Assembly (NCBI GenBank): GCA_965219705.1
Contig: OZ244789.1
Location: 2,478,580 to 2,542,579 of the forward strand
DNA length: 64,000 bases
DNA from: Chloroflexota bacterium
GTDB taxonomy: Bacteria; Chloroflexota; UBA11872
Reading direction: 5' to 3'
This document shows, in pieces, positions 1 through 11,320 of the stretch (positions within the stretch are counted from its first letter, which is position 1; each line of letters starts with the position of its first letter). Under the pieces are notes generated by a model. The model worked only from the letters and a program-made list of their open reading frames with translations. It was not told where the DNA came from and did no database searches. Made by a program: the position numbers and the translations under genes.

Positions 1-129
1 ATCTGGCCTCCGGGCACGGCCTCCAGCGTCGTTCCGTTGGTGAACCAGGCATCCCATCCCGCCGCGGTCGTGAAGGTTTCGTAGACCTTATCGATCGGGG
101 CGTCTATCTACGTGACGTGTTCTAGGGTT
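1..129 (-). pseudogene. SRPBCC/AHSA1-like protein, N-terminal part (gene runs off the window start); in-frame TAG at codon 14
   Basis: The minus strand reads AGGAGACGCCT-ATG (rc 127-129) MDESAAPTLEHVT-TAG(rc 108-110)-IDAPIDKVYETFTTAAGWDAWFTNGTTLEAVPGGQ. The motif IDAPIDKVYE..W.WF is a typical SRPBCC/AHSA1 N-terminus. The TAG is in frame and no alternative start lies downstream of it. Confidence 0.4.
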
Positions 130-194
130 GGGGCGGCGGACTCATCCATAGGCGTCTCCTTCGCGAAACGACGAATGAGACCGGCCTGGCAAGT

Positions 195-1895
195 TCAAGG
201 CTCTACCTCGGCGGTTGCTGACTCGATCCACAGGCCGGCGTGGTCGTGGGGCTCGGCCAGCGCGACGACGCGCAGGTAGTTCACCCCAAGGGTCTGGTGC
301 AGTTGGGGGACCGTGGTCACCAGCCGGCCGTCGACCGACACGCGGCACGTGCGCTCCCGCCCCGTGTCCCACGCCAACTCGACGGTCTGCCAGCGGTCCG
401 CTTCCAGCGCGGACTGCCCGGCAATCAACCCATCCGGCTCAACCTGAACGTTGAAGCTGTTGTGGTACTGGTCCTGCGGGTCGAACGGCGTGGAGAAATG
501 GTCCGTCAGGCTCAGCCGAAACGGCCTGGCGCATTCCTGCGTCCGCAGCCGCACCTGCACGCGTCCCCGGCGTCCGGCGGGGAAGTTCCACACCGCCGCA
601 GCCGTGCGGCCAGGCGCTTGCTTGGTGAGGCGCAGGGCAAAGGCGCCTGCGCGGTCCGGGTTCGGCTGCCGCTGGACGCCGGCGGTGCCGAAGATCGACC
701 AGTCCTCGGTCCCGTCGGCAAAGTCGCTGGCCTGCTGCGTTTCGTAGAGCCACTGCGGATCCAGCCGCACCATCAAGATGCGGCCGTCCCCCTGGCCCGA
801 GACGATGATGACCGAGTCGTCGTTCGTCACGAGCGGGAAGGGATAGGCGGTGCCGAAGTCGCCGGTGGTGGGCGGTGGATCGTGGCGGCGCGGATCGCGC
901 AGCACCTCGCGGGTGCCGCGCCAGGTCAGGCCGTCGTCTTCCGAGACGGCCGCGTGCAGCACGTGGCGTCCGCCGTAGGCATAGGGGAACCGCTGGCAGC
1001 AGTTCCAGAGCAGCACCAGGCGGTCGTCGCTGAGGCGTACCAGACCCACCGGCGAGTCGGACGAGGTCAGCGGGGTCGGGCGGGCGACGGACCACTCGGC
1101 GCCGTCGTCCGAGAACGACTCGTAGAGCCGCCCGGTCTGCGTGCGCAGCAGCATCCATACGCGCCCGTCGAGCTTCTGAATGGCCACCGGCTCATCGGCG
1201 CCGTAGGCGGGAAGGGGCGCCCACGCCTTGACGTCGCGCGTGCCCTGGCGCCAGGTGTCCCCCGCGTCGTCGGAATAGACCACGGTTGAGTAGAACTCGC
1301 CGCTGAAGCTGAACGCGTCGAGCCCGGTGTCGACGCGGTTTGCCCAGGTCTGACCCGTCGCCCACGCAAACGGCAGCACGATGCGGCCGCTGCGCAGCTG
1401 GATGACGCTGTTCAGCGCGCCGGTGAAGCCTTCCCAAATCCGCTGCGGCTCGGTCCACGCCTCGCCGCCGCTTCTGGACTTGAGGTGCCAAATGTCCAGG
1501 AACTTGCCGTGGTAGGGCCCCTCATGCGCCACGCCTTCACCCGCCAGCGGCGCGCCAAAGACCCCTGAGCCACGGTCGTGCATCAGGAAGCAGTGAACCT
1601 CGTCGTCCGCGTCACGCAGCACTTCCAGGCCGCCCCAGAGCCCGCCCACGTCGGGCAGCACCAGCACATCGGGTCCTTCGCCCCAGGTTTGGCCGTCGTC
1701 GTTCGAGACGATACGCACGATTCGGCTGCGGGGGACCCCGGTGTCCTTGAGAAAGAAGCCTTCAAGCCGTCCATCTTGGCGGCGGACGAGCATCGGCCGC
1801 TCGACGCCCGGCGGCAGCGCGATCAGGGTTGGATGCATGGCGCGTTTCCTCACACGAGCACGCGCGACCCCGGGGCGGAACGACCGCACGCGCAC
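195..1895 (-). CDS. BNR/Asp-box repeat (exo-alpha-sialidase-like) glycoside hydrolase family protein with a C-terminal lectin-like region; no signal peptide
   Basis: There are multiple SxDxGxTW Asp-box motifs (SNDDGQTW, SDDAGDTW, SEDDGLTW, SDDGAEW). A likely alternative start MHPTL lies at 1838, with AGGA placed 11 nt upstream. Confidence 0.8.
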   Translation of the reverse strand: MRVRSFRPGVARARVRKRAMHPTLIALPPGVERPMLVRRQDGRLEGFFLKDTGVPRSRIVRIVSNDDGQTWGEGPDVLVLPDVGGLWGGLEVLRDADDEVHCFLMHDRGSGVFGAPLAGEGVAHEGPYHGKFLDIWHLKSRSGGEAWTEPQRIWEGFTGALNSVIQLRSGRIVLPFAWATGQTWANRVDTGLDAFSFSGEFYSTVVYSDDAGDTWRQGTRDVKAWAPLPAYGADEPVAIQKLDGRVWMLLRTQTGRLYESFSDDGAEWSVARPTPLTSSDSPVGLVRLSDDRLVLLWNCCQRFPYAYGGRHVLHAAVSEDDGLTWRGTREVLRDPRRHDPPPTTGDFGTAYPFPLVTNDDSVIIVSGQGDGRILMVRLDPQWLYETQQASDFADGTEDWSIFGTAGVQRQPNPDRAGAFALRLTKQAPGRTAAAVWNFPAGRRGRVQVRLRTQECARPFRLSLTDHFSTPFDPQDQYHNSFNVQVEPDGLIAGQSALEADRWQTVELAWDTGRERTCRVSVDGRLVTTVPQLHQTLGVNYLRVVALAEPHDHAGLWIESATAEVEP

Positions 1896-1910
1896 AAGCG
1901 TTGGGGCAGC

Positions 1911-2692
1911 TTAGCCGCCCGACCCACGGGTACCTCCCGAGGTGGTCGGATCGACGATCTCCACGTGCTGGATCAAGTCCGGCAGGTCGAAGTCCAGCGG
2001 TCCTTCGGCCTCTTCGAGATATCCGTCGCGCATGACCACGGTCTGATCGGCGATCTGGCTGAGCGCGGGATCGTGCGTGGCCACCACGGCGGTCACGCCT
2101 TCGGTGGCGACGATGTGGCGAAACAGCAACATGATCTCCAGCCCGGTATTGCTGTCGAGCTCGCCGGTTGGCTCGTCGGCCAGCAATAGCGTGGGCCGGT
2201 TCGCGATGGCGCGGGCGATGGCCACGCGCTGCTGTTCACCGCCGCTGAGCTCGAACGGCCGATGGTCCGCGCGCGGCTCCAGGCCGACCAAGCGCAACAC
2301 CTCGCGCGTACGCGCGCCCCACGTTGCGGCGGGAGCGCCCGCCACGCGCAGCGCCAGCTCCACGTTCTCTCGCGCCGAAAGCACGGGCAGCAGTGCAAAG
2401 GTCTGAAAGACGAACCCCAGGCTACGGCGGCGCACCGCGGCGAGATCGTCCTCGCTCAGCGCGCCCAAGTCGGCGCCGTCAACGAATACCTGCCCCTCGG
2501 TCGGTACGTCCAGGCCCCCGATCAAATTGAGCAAGGTCGTCTTGCCCGAACCGGAGCGACCGCGAAGAGCGTAGAGACCGCCGCGCGCGATGTCCCAGGT
2601 CGCGTCCGCGACGGCCGTCACCGCGGCGGCGCCCTCGCCGTAGCGGCGCGAGACGTTGAGCAGTTGCACGACTGTCGATCGCGGCGCCTGGG

Positions 2693-2696
<4 letters not shown>
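1911..2696 (-). CDS. ABC transporter ATP-binding protein (MacB/LolD-type NBD), second NBD of the efflux operon
   Basis: Walker A GRSGSGKTT, signature [14 protein letters not shown] and Walker [13 protein letters not shown] are all present. The GTG start overlaps the upstream stop codon (GTGA). Confidence 0.9.
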
Positions 2697-3579
<883 letters not shown>

Positions 3580-3583
<4 letters not shown>

Positions 3584-6492
3584 CCGGTTTCTTCCCCAAA
3601 CTTGATGGCCTCGTGCGTGCGCACGCGCCGCAAGAGCCAGACCGAGAGCGGCAGCGCCGCGGCGATGAGCACGCCAAACACCACGTAGATCTTGCCAATA
3701 TCGTCCCACGCGGTATCGACGATGAAGGGCGGAAATGCGTCGCGCTCGCCCGCGCTCAACTCGAGGAAGGGCACGAACAGCGCGGCGGTCACCAGGCCGA
3801 TGGCCGTTCCGGCGACCGTGCCGAGCACCACGAGGAACCCTTGCTCCAGCGTCATGATCGCGGCCATCTGGCGCGTCGAGATTCCCATGGCGCGCAGGAT
3901 GCCGAACTCCTGCACCCGCCGCCGAAACGACAGGACCGCGTGCATGCCGAACCCGCTGAGGGTGAGGGCCGCGGCAACCACGAACGCCAGCGTCAGCAGC
4001 CCAAACGTCCCGACGAGCACGGCGTCACTGCGCGCTTGGACTATAGCCGCTCTGGCATCGACGGTGCGCAGCGCGCGGATGTCCAGGTCGTTCAGCGGCT
4101 CGACCAGCGGCTGTGCCGGTGCGTCGGGCAACAGGCGCACCAACGTGTTCCACGGCGAGCGCCCAACCACCCGGTCCACGTAGGTGAGATTGGCCAGTGC
4201 GAATGCGCCCAACCCGCGATTGTGGGCCGGCAGCGCGTCCATCCAACCCACCACCACGAAGGGCACCACCACCCGATTGATCTCCATGGTCACGGCGTCG
4301 CCGATCTGCACACCCATGACCTCATGAAAGGGACCGCGCTCCAAGACCACGCCGCGATCGTCCGCGGCCAGCGCGTTGGCGAGGCCATTGAGCGAGGTCA
4401 ACGCGTAGTCCTCCCGCCACGCAATCGTGCGGGCAAACGGAATCGGGTCGACTGCGTGCAGCCGCACCTCGCGCAGGGCATTCACCGACGGCGTGCTGAC
4501 ATGCAAGAGCGCATTCTTGACCCAGTGCCGGGCTGCTTCCGTGATCGCCAACCGTCCCGAGTCGTCCGCCACGTCGAGATGCCGATCCACAGGGGCGATG
4601 TACCACGCCTGAGCGTCGGCGTCGAAGTGCCCGCTCTCGATGATCTGGGCGTCGGCGCCGGTCTCAAAGTAGACCCGATCGATGAGGTTGCGATCGATCG
4701 TGGCCGCGAACGAGGCGCTGAAGGCGCCCAGGGCAAAGGTCAGCGAGAGCAACAACACCAGGCTGGTGTAGTGCGCCGGGCTGCGGCCGATCTGGCGCAG
4801 GGCCACGAAGGCGCTCACGCCGGATACCCGCGAGCTGACCGCCGCCAGCGCGCGCACCGCATACGGGAAGGCGCGGAGGGCGAAGACCGATACTGCAAAA
4901 ATGAAGAGAATCGGCACCAGCACCAGCAGCGTGTCCGCCAGCAGAAGGTCGTCCTCGGTGTCGCCGGGCAGCGCGTCGACGCTGCGCAGCAGGAAGAATC
5001 CGGCAAGCGCCCCCGCCAGCAGCAGCACGTCCAGGAACCGCCGCTGGTAGAGCGGTCGATCCAAGCTGCGCGACGCCTGCTGCTTGGCGCCCACGATGCT
5101 CAGCCGGGCCGCCGCCACGACCGGCCCCAGCATCGCGGCCAGGCTGACCCCGATCGCGCCGGCGCCAATGGCCACGTGGCTCCCGTCGAGGGATATGTCG
5201 AGCGGCTGACGCGCGTCGAAGGCCAGGAAGGTCGCCGTCTGTCCGATGGCCTGCGCGAAGCCCATGCCCAGCGCCAGACCCACCGCGAGCGCGGGCGCCC
5301 CGATGAGCAGGCCCTCGATGAGATACACGCCGACCAATTGGACCACGCCAACGCCGCGGCTGCGCAGCAGGGCGACCTCCTGGCGCTGCCGCTCGATGGC
5401 CAACGCGACCGAGAGCCGCATGAAGCCGAGCACCATCACCACGATCGGTACGCTGAGCGCCAGCAGGGCCACGGTGAGCACCACCAGGCGGCCCTCGAAC
5501 CGTTCGAGGTCGCGCTCCAAGCGGGTGTTGAGCGTTGTATTCGGCAGCACTCGCTCCGCCACCGTACGCACGGCGGCGATGCCCTCGCGGGTGCGACCGG
5601 CGGACCCGGCTTGGAGCGCGGTGGCATCGAGCGGTGCAAACCAGACCGCGCGGTCGAAGAGGCGCGGATGGGACACGCTCGGATAGGTTGACAGTAGACC
5701 GCCGAGAAACGCGGCTGGCGGCGTGAACAGCGTGCGCTGCGTGAGATCCTCGACGTCCTCGGGCCAGAACGGCCGACCCGCCTCAATGGGCGCGAAGCGC
5801 CCAACGATGTCGACGGCCACCACCGCCTGAGGCGTGCCCAACGCACGAGGGTCACCGAAGCGCAGCTGCACCTGGTCACCAACCACCAGGCCCCCGGCGT
5901 CGAGCATCTCCGTCGCGGCAATGGCCTCGACCAGGGGCACCAGCGCACCGGACGGCAGGCGCAGCGAATAGACGTCGTCGGCGGCCGCGCGGCCTTCCAG
6001 CATCTCGACGTTGGCGTACAGGCCGGAAATCGCGCCCAGCCCGCCCCAGGGAACGCCCTCGCGCAGCGGCGCGCTCGGATCGTCGGACGTGAACAGGATG
6101 TGACGATTGTCGGATCGCACGAACCGCACGATGCGGTCCGGCGACACGCCGAGATTCGCGGTGATGGCCTGGCCCAGGATCTGGTCGGCCTGCCGATACT
6201 CGCCGAGCGTCGTCGACGGCTCGTCCGGCAGCTGCGTCCCGCCGTGCTCGATCACCACGCCCAGGTCGAGCGGCCCCGGCGACTCCCGCAAGTGCTCCCG
6301 CAGCAGGCGTGTGCTCATGCCCTCCGCGTAGAGCGGCACGGCGGTGATGACGCCGACCGTGAGCGAGAGCCCAAGCAGGGTGGTCAGGGCGTGGATGGGA
6401 TTGCTGCGCAGCCGCCGTGCGGCAAACCCCAGCAGCGCGAGCACGGTGCGCCCGACGGCGCTCAACGACGCGCCGCCGCCCGGCCCGGTCAC
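3580..6492 (-). CDS. ABC transporter permease, double FtsX-domain (MacB-like) membrane protein, 970 aa
   Basis: Two blocks of hydrophobic helices are each followed by a large extracytoplasmic domain. The GTG start overlaps the HlyD stop (GTGA). Confidence 0.9.
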
Positions 6493-8246
6493 GAGCGAAC
6501 GGTGGCGAAGACCATGTCGCCCTCGGACAAGCCGTGGACGATCTCGACCTCGTCGTCAGTCTGCATGCCCAGCGTCACGGGCAGCGTGCGTCGGCGGCCG
6601 TCGATCAGCGTCTCGACGAACGAGCGGCCGTTGACCGTCCACACCGCGGTCGCCGGCACCTTGAGCACGCCGTCGGAGGCGCCGAGCAAGACGCTGATGA
6701 CGCCCTGCATGCCGATGGTGACGGGCCGGTCGCCCCAGGGAACCGCAAGCTGGATGAAGGGCTTGTCGGAAGCGTCGCCCGTGTCGAGCGGCAGCGTGAC
6801 GACCGTCCCCTCAAGCGGTGTATCCGCAAACTCCCGCAACGTGACCTCCACCACCTGATCGACGTGCAAGTTGGCGACCTGCGCCGTGGTGGCCACTGCC
6901 TCGAACACCAGATCGCTCGCCCGCGCCAACTCGACGGCGGGCTCCCCAGGTGCAATCTCGCGCCCGCGCACGGTGAGCACTCGGGAAATGATGCCGTCGT
7001 AGGGCGCCACGATCTCCAGTCGGGTCAAGCGGTCCTCGAGCAGCGCCACCTGCTCGTCGATGCGCTCGGACTCGGCCTGCAGCCGCTTGACGTCGGCGGC
7101 GATGGCGGTGGCGCCGGCATCCAGCCCGGCCAGCGCCTCGGCGGCCAGATCGTATTCGTACTGCGCCGAGGCCAGGGCCGCCTCCGCCGCGGCGAGCGCG
7201 ACGGCCGAGGGACCGGCCGTCAGGCGACCCAGCTCGCCCTGCGCGGCGAGCAAGTCCAACTCGGCGGCGGTACGCGCCCGCCGCGCCGCGCGCAGTTGGG
7301 GCGGTCCATCCGGGCCGGCCGCTTGCTGCTCGATCACGCGCGCCTCAGCGGCCGCAAGCTCGGCGGCGGCCAGTTTCGCGTCGGCCGTCGCCAGTTCACG
7401 TGCCGACGCATCCTCGGGCAGCGCGTCGCGCTCAGCCTGAGCGTCGGCGAGATCGGCCTCACGCAGCGCACGCTCGGCGCGCGCGATCGCCACCAGCGCG
7501 TCAACCGAACGTTCGGCAGCCGTAACTGCCGCATGGCGCTCGGCTAGCACCTCCGCCAGCAACGCCAGCCGCGCTTGGGCGACGAACACCTCAGCGTCGG
7601 ACGCCGGTGCGCTGAGCGCTTCCCACACGCGTTCCCGCTCGGCAAGCTCTGCTCTCGCCGCCAGCAAGGCGCGCTCGGCAGCCGCGCGTTCCGTGGCAAG
7701 CCGAGCCTCGGCTGCCGTGAGTTGCTCCAGGATCGCTCCGTGGGACTCGCGCTCGGCGCCGATCTGGGCGTTGAGCGACTCGGCGTCGAGTTCAGCGAGC
7801 ACGCTGCCCTGCTGCACCATCACGCCCCGCTGGCCGCGCACGGTCGCCACGACGCCGGGAACATCGAACGACAGAATCTCCTGTCCAAGCGCCTCAACCA
7901 GTCCGGGGATGCGCAGGCGATTTTCAAGGCGTCCGCGCACAACCGGCACCATTGGGTCCCGCTGCTCGGTCGAGGGGTCGGGAGCGAGCGTGGGGGTGGC
8001 GTCGGCCGCGGGTGCGACCGGATCGCAGGCCAGGACGCCGATGGCTGCCGCACCGCCGACGATCAGCGCGCCCAGCACGGTGCGCAGCCGACGGGCCGCG
8101 ACCCAGCGTCGAACGGGCAGCGCCAGGTGTGTGGCGCATGCGGTTCGTATGTTCGCGACCGGCGACGGGATGCGATGCAGCGTCAGGGGGTGACGCCTCC
8201 CTCGACCACGGTGTCCCGAAGTGTAGGCCGCGCCGCGGCGATGCAT
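6489..8246 (-). CDS. HlyD-family periplasmic adaptor (membrane fusion protein) with a ~300-aa Ala/Glu/Arg-rich coiled coil
   Basis: It has an N-terminal TM (LRTVLGALIVGGAAAIGVLA), a long coiled coil, and a C-terminal beta-barrel/MP domain (IVAPYDGIISRV...). The start is uncertain. The ORF is open to GTG 8330 but has no SD there, so ATG 8246 (MHRRG) was chosen. Confidence 0.7.
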   Translation of the reverse strand: MHRRGAAYTSGHRGRGRRHPLTLHRIPSPVANIRTACATHLALPVRRWVAARRLRTVLGALIVGGAAAIGVLACDPVAPAADATPTLAPDPSTEQRDPMVPVVRGRLENRLRIPGLVEALGQEILSFDVPGVVATVRGQRGVMVQQGSVLAELDAESLNAQIGAERESHGAILEQLTAAEARLATERAAAERALLAARAELAERERVWEALSAPASDAEVFVAQARLALLAEVLAERHAAVTAAERSVDALVAIARAERALREADLADAQAERDALPEDASARELATADAKLAAAELAAAEARVIEQQAAGPDGPPQLRAARRARTAAELDLLAAQGELGRLTAGPSAVALAAAEAALASAQYEYDLAAEALAGLDAGATAIAADVKRLQAESERIDEQVALLEDRLTRLEIVAPYDGIISRVLTVRGREIAPGEPAVELARASDLVFEAVATTAQVANLHVDQVVEVTLREFADTPLEGTVVTLPLDTGDASDKPFIQLAVPWGDRPVTIGMQGVISVLLGASDGVLKVPATAVWTVNGRSFVETLIDGRRRTLPVTLGMQTDDEVEIVHGLSEGDMVFATVRS

Positions 8247-8347
8247 GTCAGTGAGCGAGTTTCGCACGGCGGCGCCGTCTGGCGAGTCCAGGCGCGCTTG
8301 CGCCGAGTTTGCGACCATGGGCCGACGCACCCGCGGGAGGTGATTCC

Positions 8348-9220
8348 ATGTCCATTAGGCTCGCCTGCGCCGATTTCACGTGGCCGTTGCTCCGGCACGA
8401 GCAGTCCCTGGCCCTGATTTCCACCCTCGGGTTCGAGGGTGTCGATCTTGGGATCTTCGGCAACCGCTCGCACGTGCGCCCCGAGATGATCCAAGGCGAC
8501 GTGCCCATGTGGGCCGGCATCCTGCGTGAGCGGCTGGAGCGGAACAATCTCGAGCCCGCGGACGTGTTCCTGATCCCGAGCACCGAACCCGGCGGCATGG
8601 TGCCGAACCATCCCGATCCGGCCCAGCGCCAGGCTGGGCGCGAGCACTTCAAGGACGTGGTGGAGCTGGCGCGCCGGCTGGAAGCCAAGGGCATTTCCTC
8701 GACCTGCGGCGAGGTGTTCGAGGGCGAGACGCCCAGCGAGTCGCTGCGCAACTCCGCCGAGGAGCTTTCCTGGCGCGTCGATCAGGGCGACCGGTACGGC
8801 ATCGCGGTCTCCGTCGAGCCGGCGGTGGGCACCAACGCCAACACGGTGGAGAAGGCGCTGGAGATGCTGGATCTGAGCCCGGGCCTCAAGCTCACGCTCG
8901 ACTACTGCCACTTCGTCTACCAGGGCATGGAACAAACCTCCGTCGATCCGCTGCTGCCCCATGCCCGGCACTTCCACTGCCGCGGCTGTGCGCCCGACAG
9001 GATGCAGGTCGACTTCGACGAAAACACCATCGACTACGCGCGCATCATCAACAAGATGCAAGAGGTCGGCTACGGCGGCTGGTTCGGCGTCGAGTTCGTC
9101 TGGACGGCCATCTGGAATTGCAACCAGGTCGACAACACGGCGGAGACCATCCGCTTTCGCGACCTCGCGCTGTCCGTCATCAACGGCACCGAGCATGTGC
9201 CGTTCATGCACACGATCTAG
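8348..9220 (+). CDS. sugar phosphate isomerase/epimerase (xylose isomerase-like TIM barrel) family protein
   Basis: The start MSIRLACADFTW is preceded by GGAGGTGA. It is divergent from the efflux operon. Confidence 0.8.
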   Translation: MSIRLACADFTWPLLRHEQSLALISTLGFEGVDLGIFGNRSHVRPEMIQGDVPMWAGILRERLERNNLEPADVFLIPSTEPGGMVPNHPDPAQRQAGREHFKDVVELARRLEAKGISSTCGEVFEGETPSESLRNSAEELSWRVDQGDRYGIAVSVEPAVGTNANTVEKALEMLDLSPGLKLTLDYCHFVYQGMEQTSVDPLLPHARHFHCRGCAPDRMQVDFDENTIDYARIINKMQEVGYGGWFGVEFVWTAIWNCNQVDNTAETIRFRDLALSVINGTEHVPFMHTI

Positions 9221-9252
9221 CGCGAAAAGGCCAGGCCTCTGCTTACGGGACG

Positions 9253-9307
9253 GCTCGCCGCCCCTTCGGGTGGGCTGCGTCGCCTCGATTGAGCGGCGAG
9301 TTTTTTT
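9253..9307 (+). terminator. intrinsic terminator downstream of the isomerase gene
   Basis: The stem CTCGCCGC...GCGGCGAG is followed by an 8-nt T run. Confidence 0.55.
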
Positions 9308-9443
9308 ACGTGTTCGGGGTGTTGCTTCGACTCCGAAATATAGTCTGGCCACGGGCATGACCGGCCAGCAATGAGACGAAGTTGCTTAATCCAGGTCGTC
9401 GCGGCTTTACTGGCCACTGGCGGCTGACCACCGGCCACAGCCC

Positions 9444-9677
9444 ATGCCCGACTTCTTCGCGCAGCCCATCCTGAATTCCCCGTATGCCTATCCGGGGGAG
9501 CACTGGGAGCTTGACGACGACGGGCAGCCGACCAACCACATCATTCATTGCCGCCGGGCCTTCGCCGAGTTCACCGACGTCTACGCGCTTGGGGACAGGT
9601 TGGGAGTCAAGATCACGTCAGGCCTGAACAAGCTGATCGCGCAGGCAGCCGGTAGCAGCGCGGGAGCAGCCGTGTGA
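9444..9677 (+). pseudogene. N-terminal fragment (77 aa) of a type III restriction res subunit / DEAD-box helicase-type restriction protein
   Basis: The sequence MPDFFAQPILNSPYAYPGEHWELDDDGQPTNHII matches the conserved N-terminal motif of large restriction helicase subunits. The ORF stops after ~65 conserved residues. Confidence 0.5.
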
Positions 9678-9925
9678 AGGCGACGCGCTACTTCGATCAG
9701 CAGGTGCGCCGCAAGCGGCCCTACATTGATCCGGCCTGGTGTGTCCAGGTCATCACCGCGCCCATCCGCCGCGAGGGGCAGCCGGATGGACGCGTCCGCT
9801 TCTGGGGCGAGATTGCCCAACCAGGCGATCCCGGCGCCCGTTTCCTTCGGGTCATTACGCTGGCCGACGGAGAGACGATCCACAATGCGTTCTTCGACCG
9901 ACGCTTCCGAAAGGACAGCCCATGA
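9674..9925 (+). CDS. DUF4258 domain protein (putative toxin of a DUF4258/DUF2283 pair)
   Basis: It is an 83-aa protein ending in ...RFLRVITLADGETIHNAFFDRRFRK. It overlaps the next gene by 4 nt (ATGA). Confidence 0.6.
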   Translation: MKATRYFDQQVRRKRPYIDPAWCVQVITAPIRREGQPDGRVRFWGEIAQPGDPGARFLRVITLADGETIHNAFFDRRFRKDSP

Positions 9926-10137
9926 AGCTCCACTACTACCCGGAAACCGACAGTCTCTACGTCGAGCTGAAGTCCGGGCCGGGCGTGGAGACGCGCGAGG
10001 TTGCGGACGGGCTCAACGTCGACCTCGATGCCGCCGGCGAAGTTGTCGGCTTTGACATTGACCACGCGTCGAAGCGATTGGAACTTTCGACGCTGGAGAC
10101 CGAGGCGCTGCCGGTGCACTCCATCAAGGCAAGCTGA
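9922..10137 (+). CDS. DUF2283 domain protein (putative antitoxin partner)
   Basis: The start MKLHYYPETDSLYVEL is a DUF2283 hallmark. It is followed by a GC hairpin GCCCCGCagacGCGGGGC. Confidence 0.7.
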   Translation: MKLHYYPETDSLYVELKSGPGVETREVADGLNVDLDAAGEVVGFDIDHASKRLELSTLETEALPVHSIKAS

Positions 10138-10389
10138 TCGGTGCCCCGCAGACGCGGGGCGCGGGAGCGACGAAGGGTTTCGCCAAGGTCTCTTGAAGTG
10201 GGAGGTTTAGAGAGCCCGTTTCAGAAGCCCACGAAACCCGTTCGTGGTGAGCCCTTCGACAGGCTCAGGGCAGGCTCTGGCGAACCATGAATGGCCCTTC
10301 GACGGGCTCGGGGCGAACGGCTTGACCGCTGGGCCGCACGCCTATTCCTAGAAAAGGGCCCGCTACGGTGACCAGCGCGGCTACCATGC

Positions 10390-10836
10390 GGCCATGCCGC
10401 GGCTGACGACAGCGGTCGAGACCTACTTCCAAGACCTGCGGCGCATCCGCGCCTCCGGCGGGGCCACGGCCGCAACATGACCGGCGACGACTTCGCCGTC
10501 ACCGCCGGCTGGGGGCACTTCGGCACCGGTGAGGCCGTCATGCCCGGCCAAGGCCGCGCGGTCGAACGCGCCTGCACCCAAGATGAACGCGTCGCGCTCG
10601 GCGATACCACGTTTGACATCTATCTCAACGACCGCGCCTACTGGCGCAACGTCCCCGCCGCCGTCTGGCGCTACAGGCTCGGCGGCTACCAGGTGCTCAA
10701 GAAGTGGCTCTCCTACCGCGAGCGAACCATCCTCGGCCGCCCGCTTCGCCCGGAGGAAGTCCAGCATTTCACCGACACCGCGCGGCGGATTGCTGCGATC
10801 CTGCTAAAGACCGGCAAGAGGGATTGGAAGTACTAA
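10390..10836 (+). pseudogene. C-terminal remnant of a type IIG/ISP restriction-modification or BREX PglX-like DNA methyltransferase, frameshifted
   Basis: Residues ...AVETYFQDLRRIRASGGA read in one frame, then a frame change. ORF 10477..10836 contains RAYWRNVPAAVWRYRLGGYQVLKKWLSYRERTILGRPL, the conserved C-terminal motif of this methylase family. No methyltransferase core lies upstream. Confidence 0.45.
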
Positions 10837-10857
10837 GGATAAGGGTCTGACGGGCGA

Positions 10858-11316
10858 CTACAGGCGCTGACGATGCGTGAAATTGACCGTCGCGTTGGGC
10901 GCTTTTGACAATGCTGCAAGGCAGAGAGCCATATCCACCGTGACCAACGGCGTTTCCGCCGTGACGACTTCCAGCAGGGCGGCGTCCGTCAGGCCCAGCC
11001 GGCTGAATGCTGCGTTGCGTGCCGCCTCGGTGCTGGCGACGACGATCTCCTTGTGAATGTCAATTTGGGACTGGAACGTGGCAAAGAACCTGGACCGCTC
11101 CGGTTCGCCGTGTTGGCCAAGCAGGTTGGATGTCTCCGTGAGCGTGTTTGGCGTGACCAATACCGCGCCATAATCGCCGACAAGATCGACCAAAGTGGCA
11201 TAGTCGTGCGCCGTGAATTTGCGCAGTCGACGATGCTTGCGGATCAGGTCTGCATCGGTAGTGTCGACGACGAGCAGCGTGAGCAGGTTGGCGTCGATAT
11301 AGCATCCAGCGGGCAA
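10858..11316 (-). CDS. PIN-domain (VapC-like) putative toxin
   Basis: The N-terminus CYIDANLLTLLVV and later LTDAALLEV give the acidic residues of a PIN fold. It lies 4 nt downstream of a small partner gene. Confidence 0.7.
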   Translation of the reverse strand: MPAGCYIDANLLTLLVVDTTDADLIRKHRRLRKFTAHDYATLVDLVGDYGAVLVTPNTLTETSNLLGQHGEPERSRFFATFQSQIDIHKEIVVASTEAARNAAFSRLGLTDAALLEVVTAETPLVTVDMALCLAALSKAPNATVNFTHRQRL

Positions 11317-11320
11317 CGAA

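Noticed and set aside
240-1289. A 349-aa plus-strand ORF
   Set aside because: It is antisense to the BNR gene. Its composition is Arg/Ala/Pro-rich.
3613-5691. A 692-aa ORF on the plus strand
   Set aside because: It is antisense to the FtsX permease gene. It is Arg/His/Gln-rich with no domain, a typical high-GC shadow ORF.
8183-9358. A 391-aa minus-strand ORF
   Set aside because: It is antisense to the sugar isomerase gene, which has RBS, motifs and good GC3. It was rejected as spurious.
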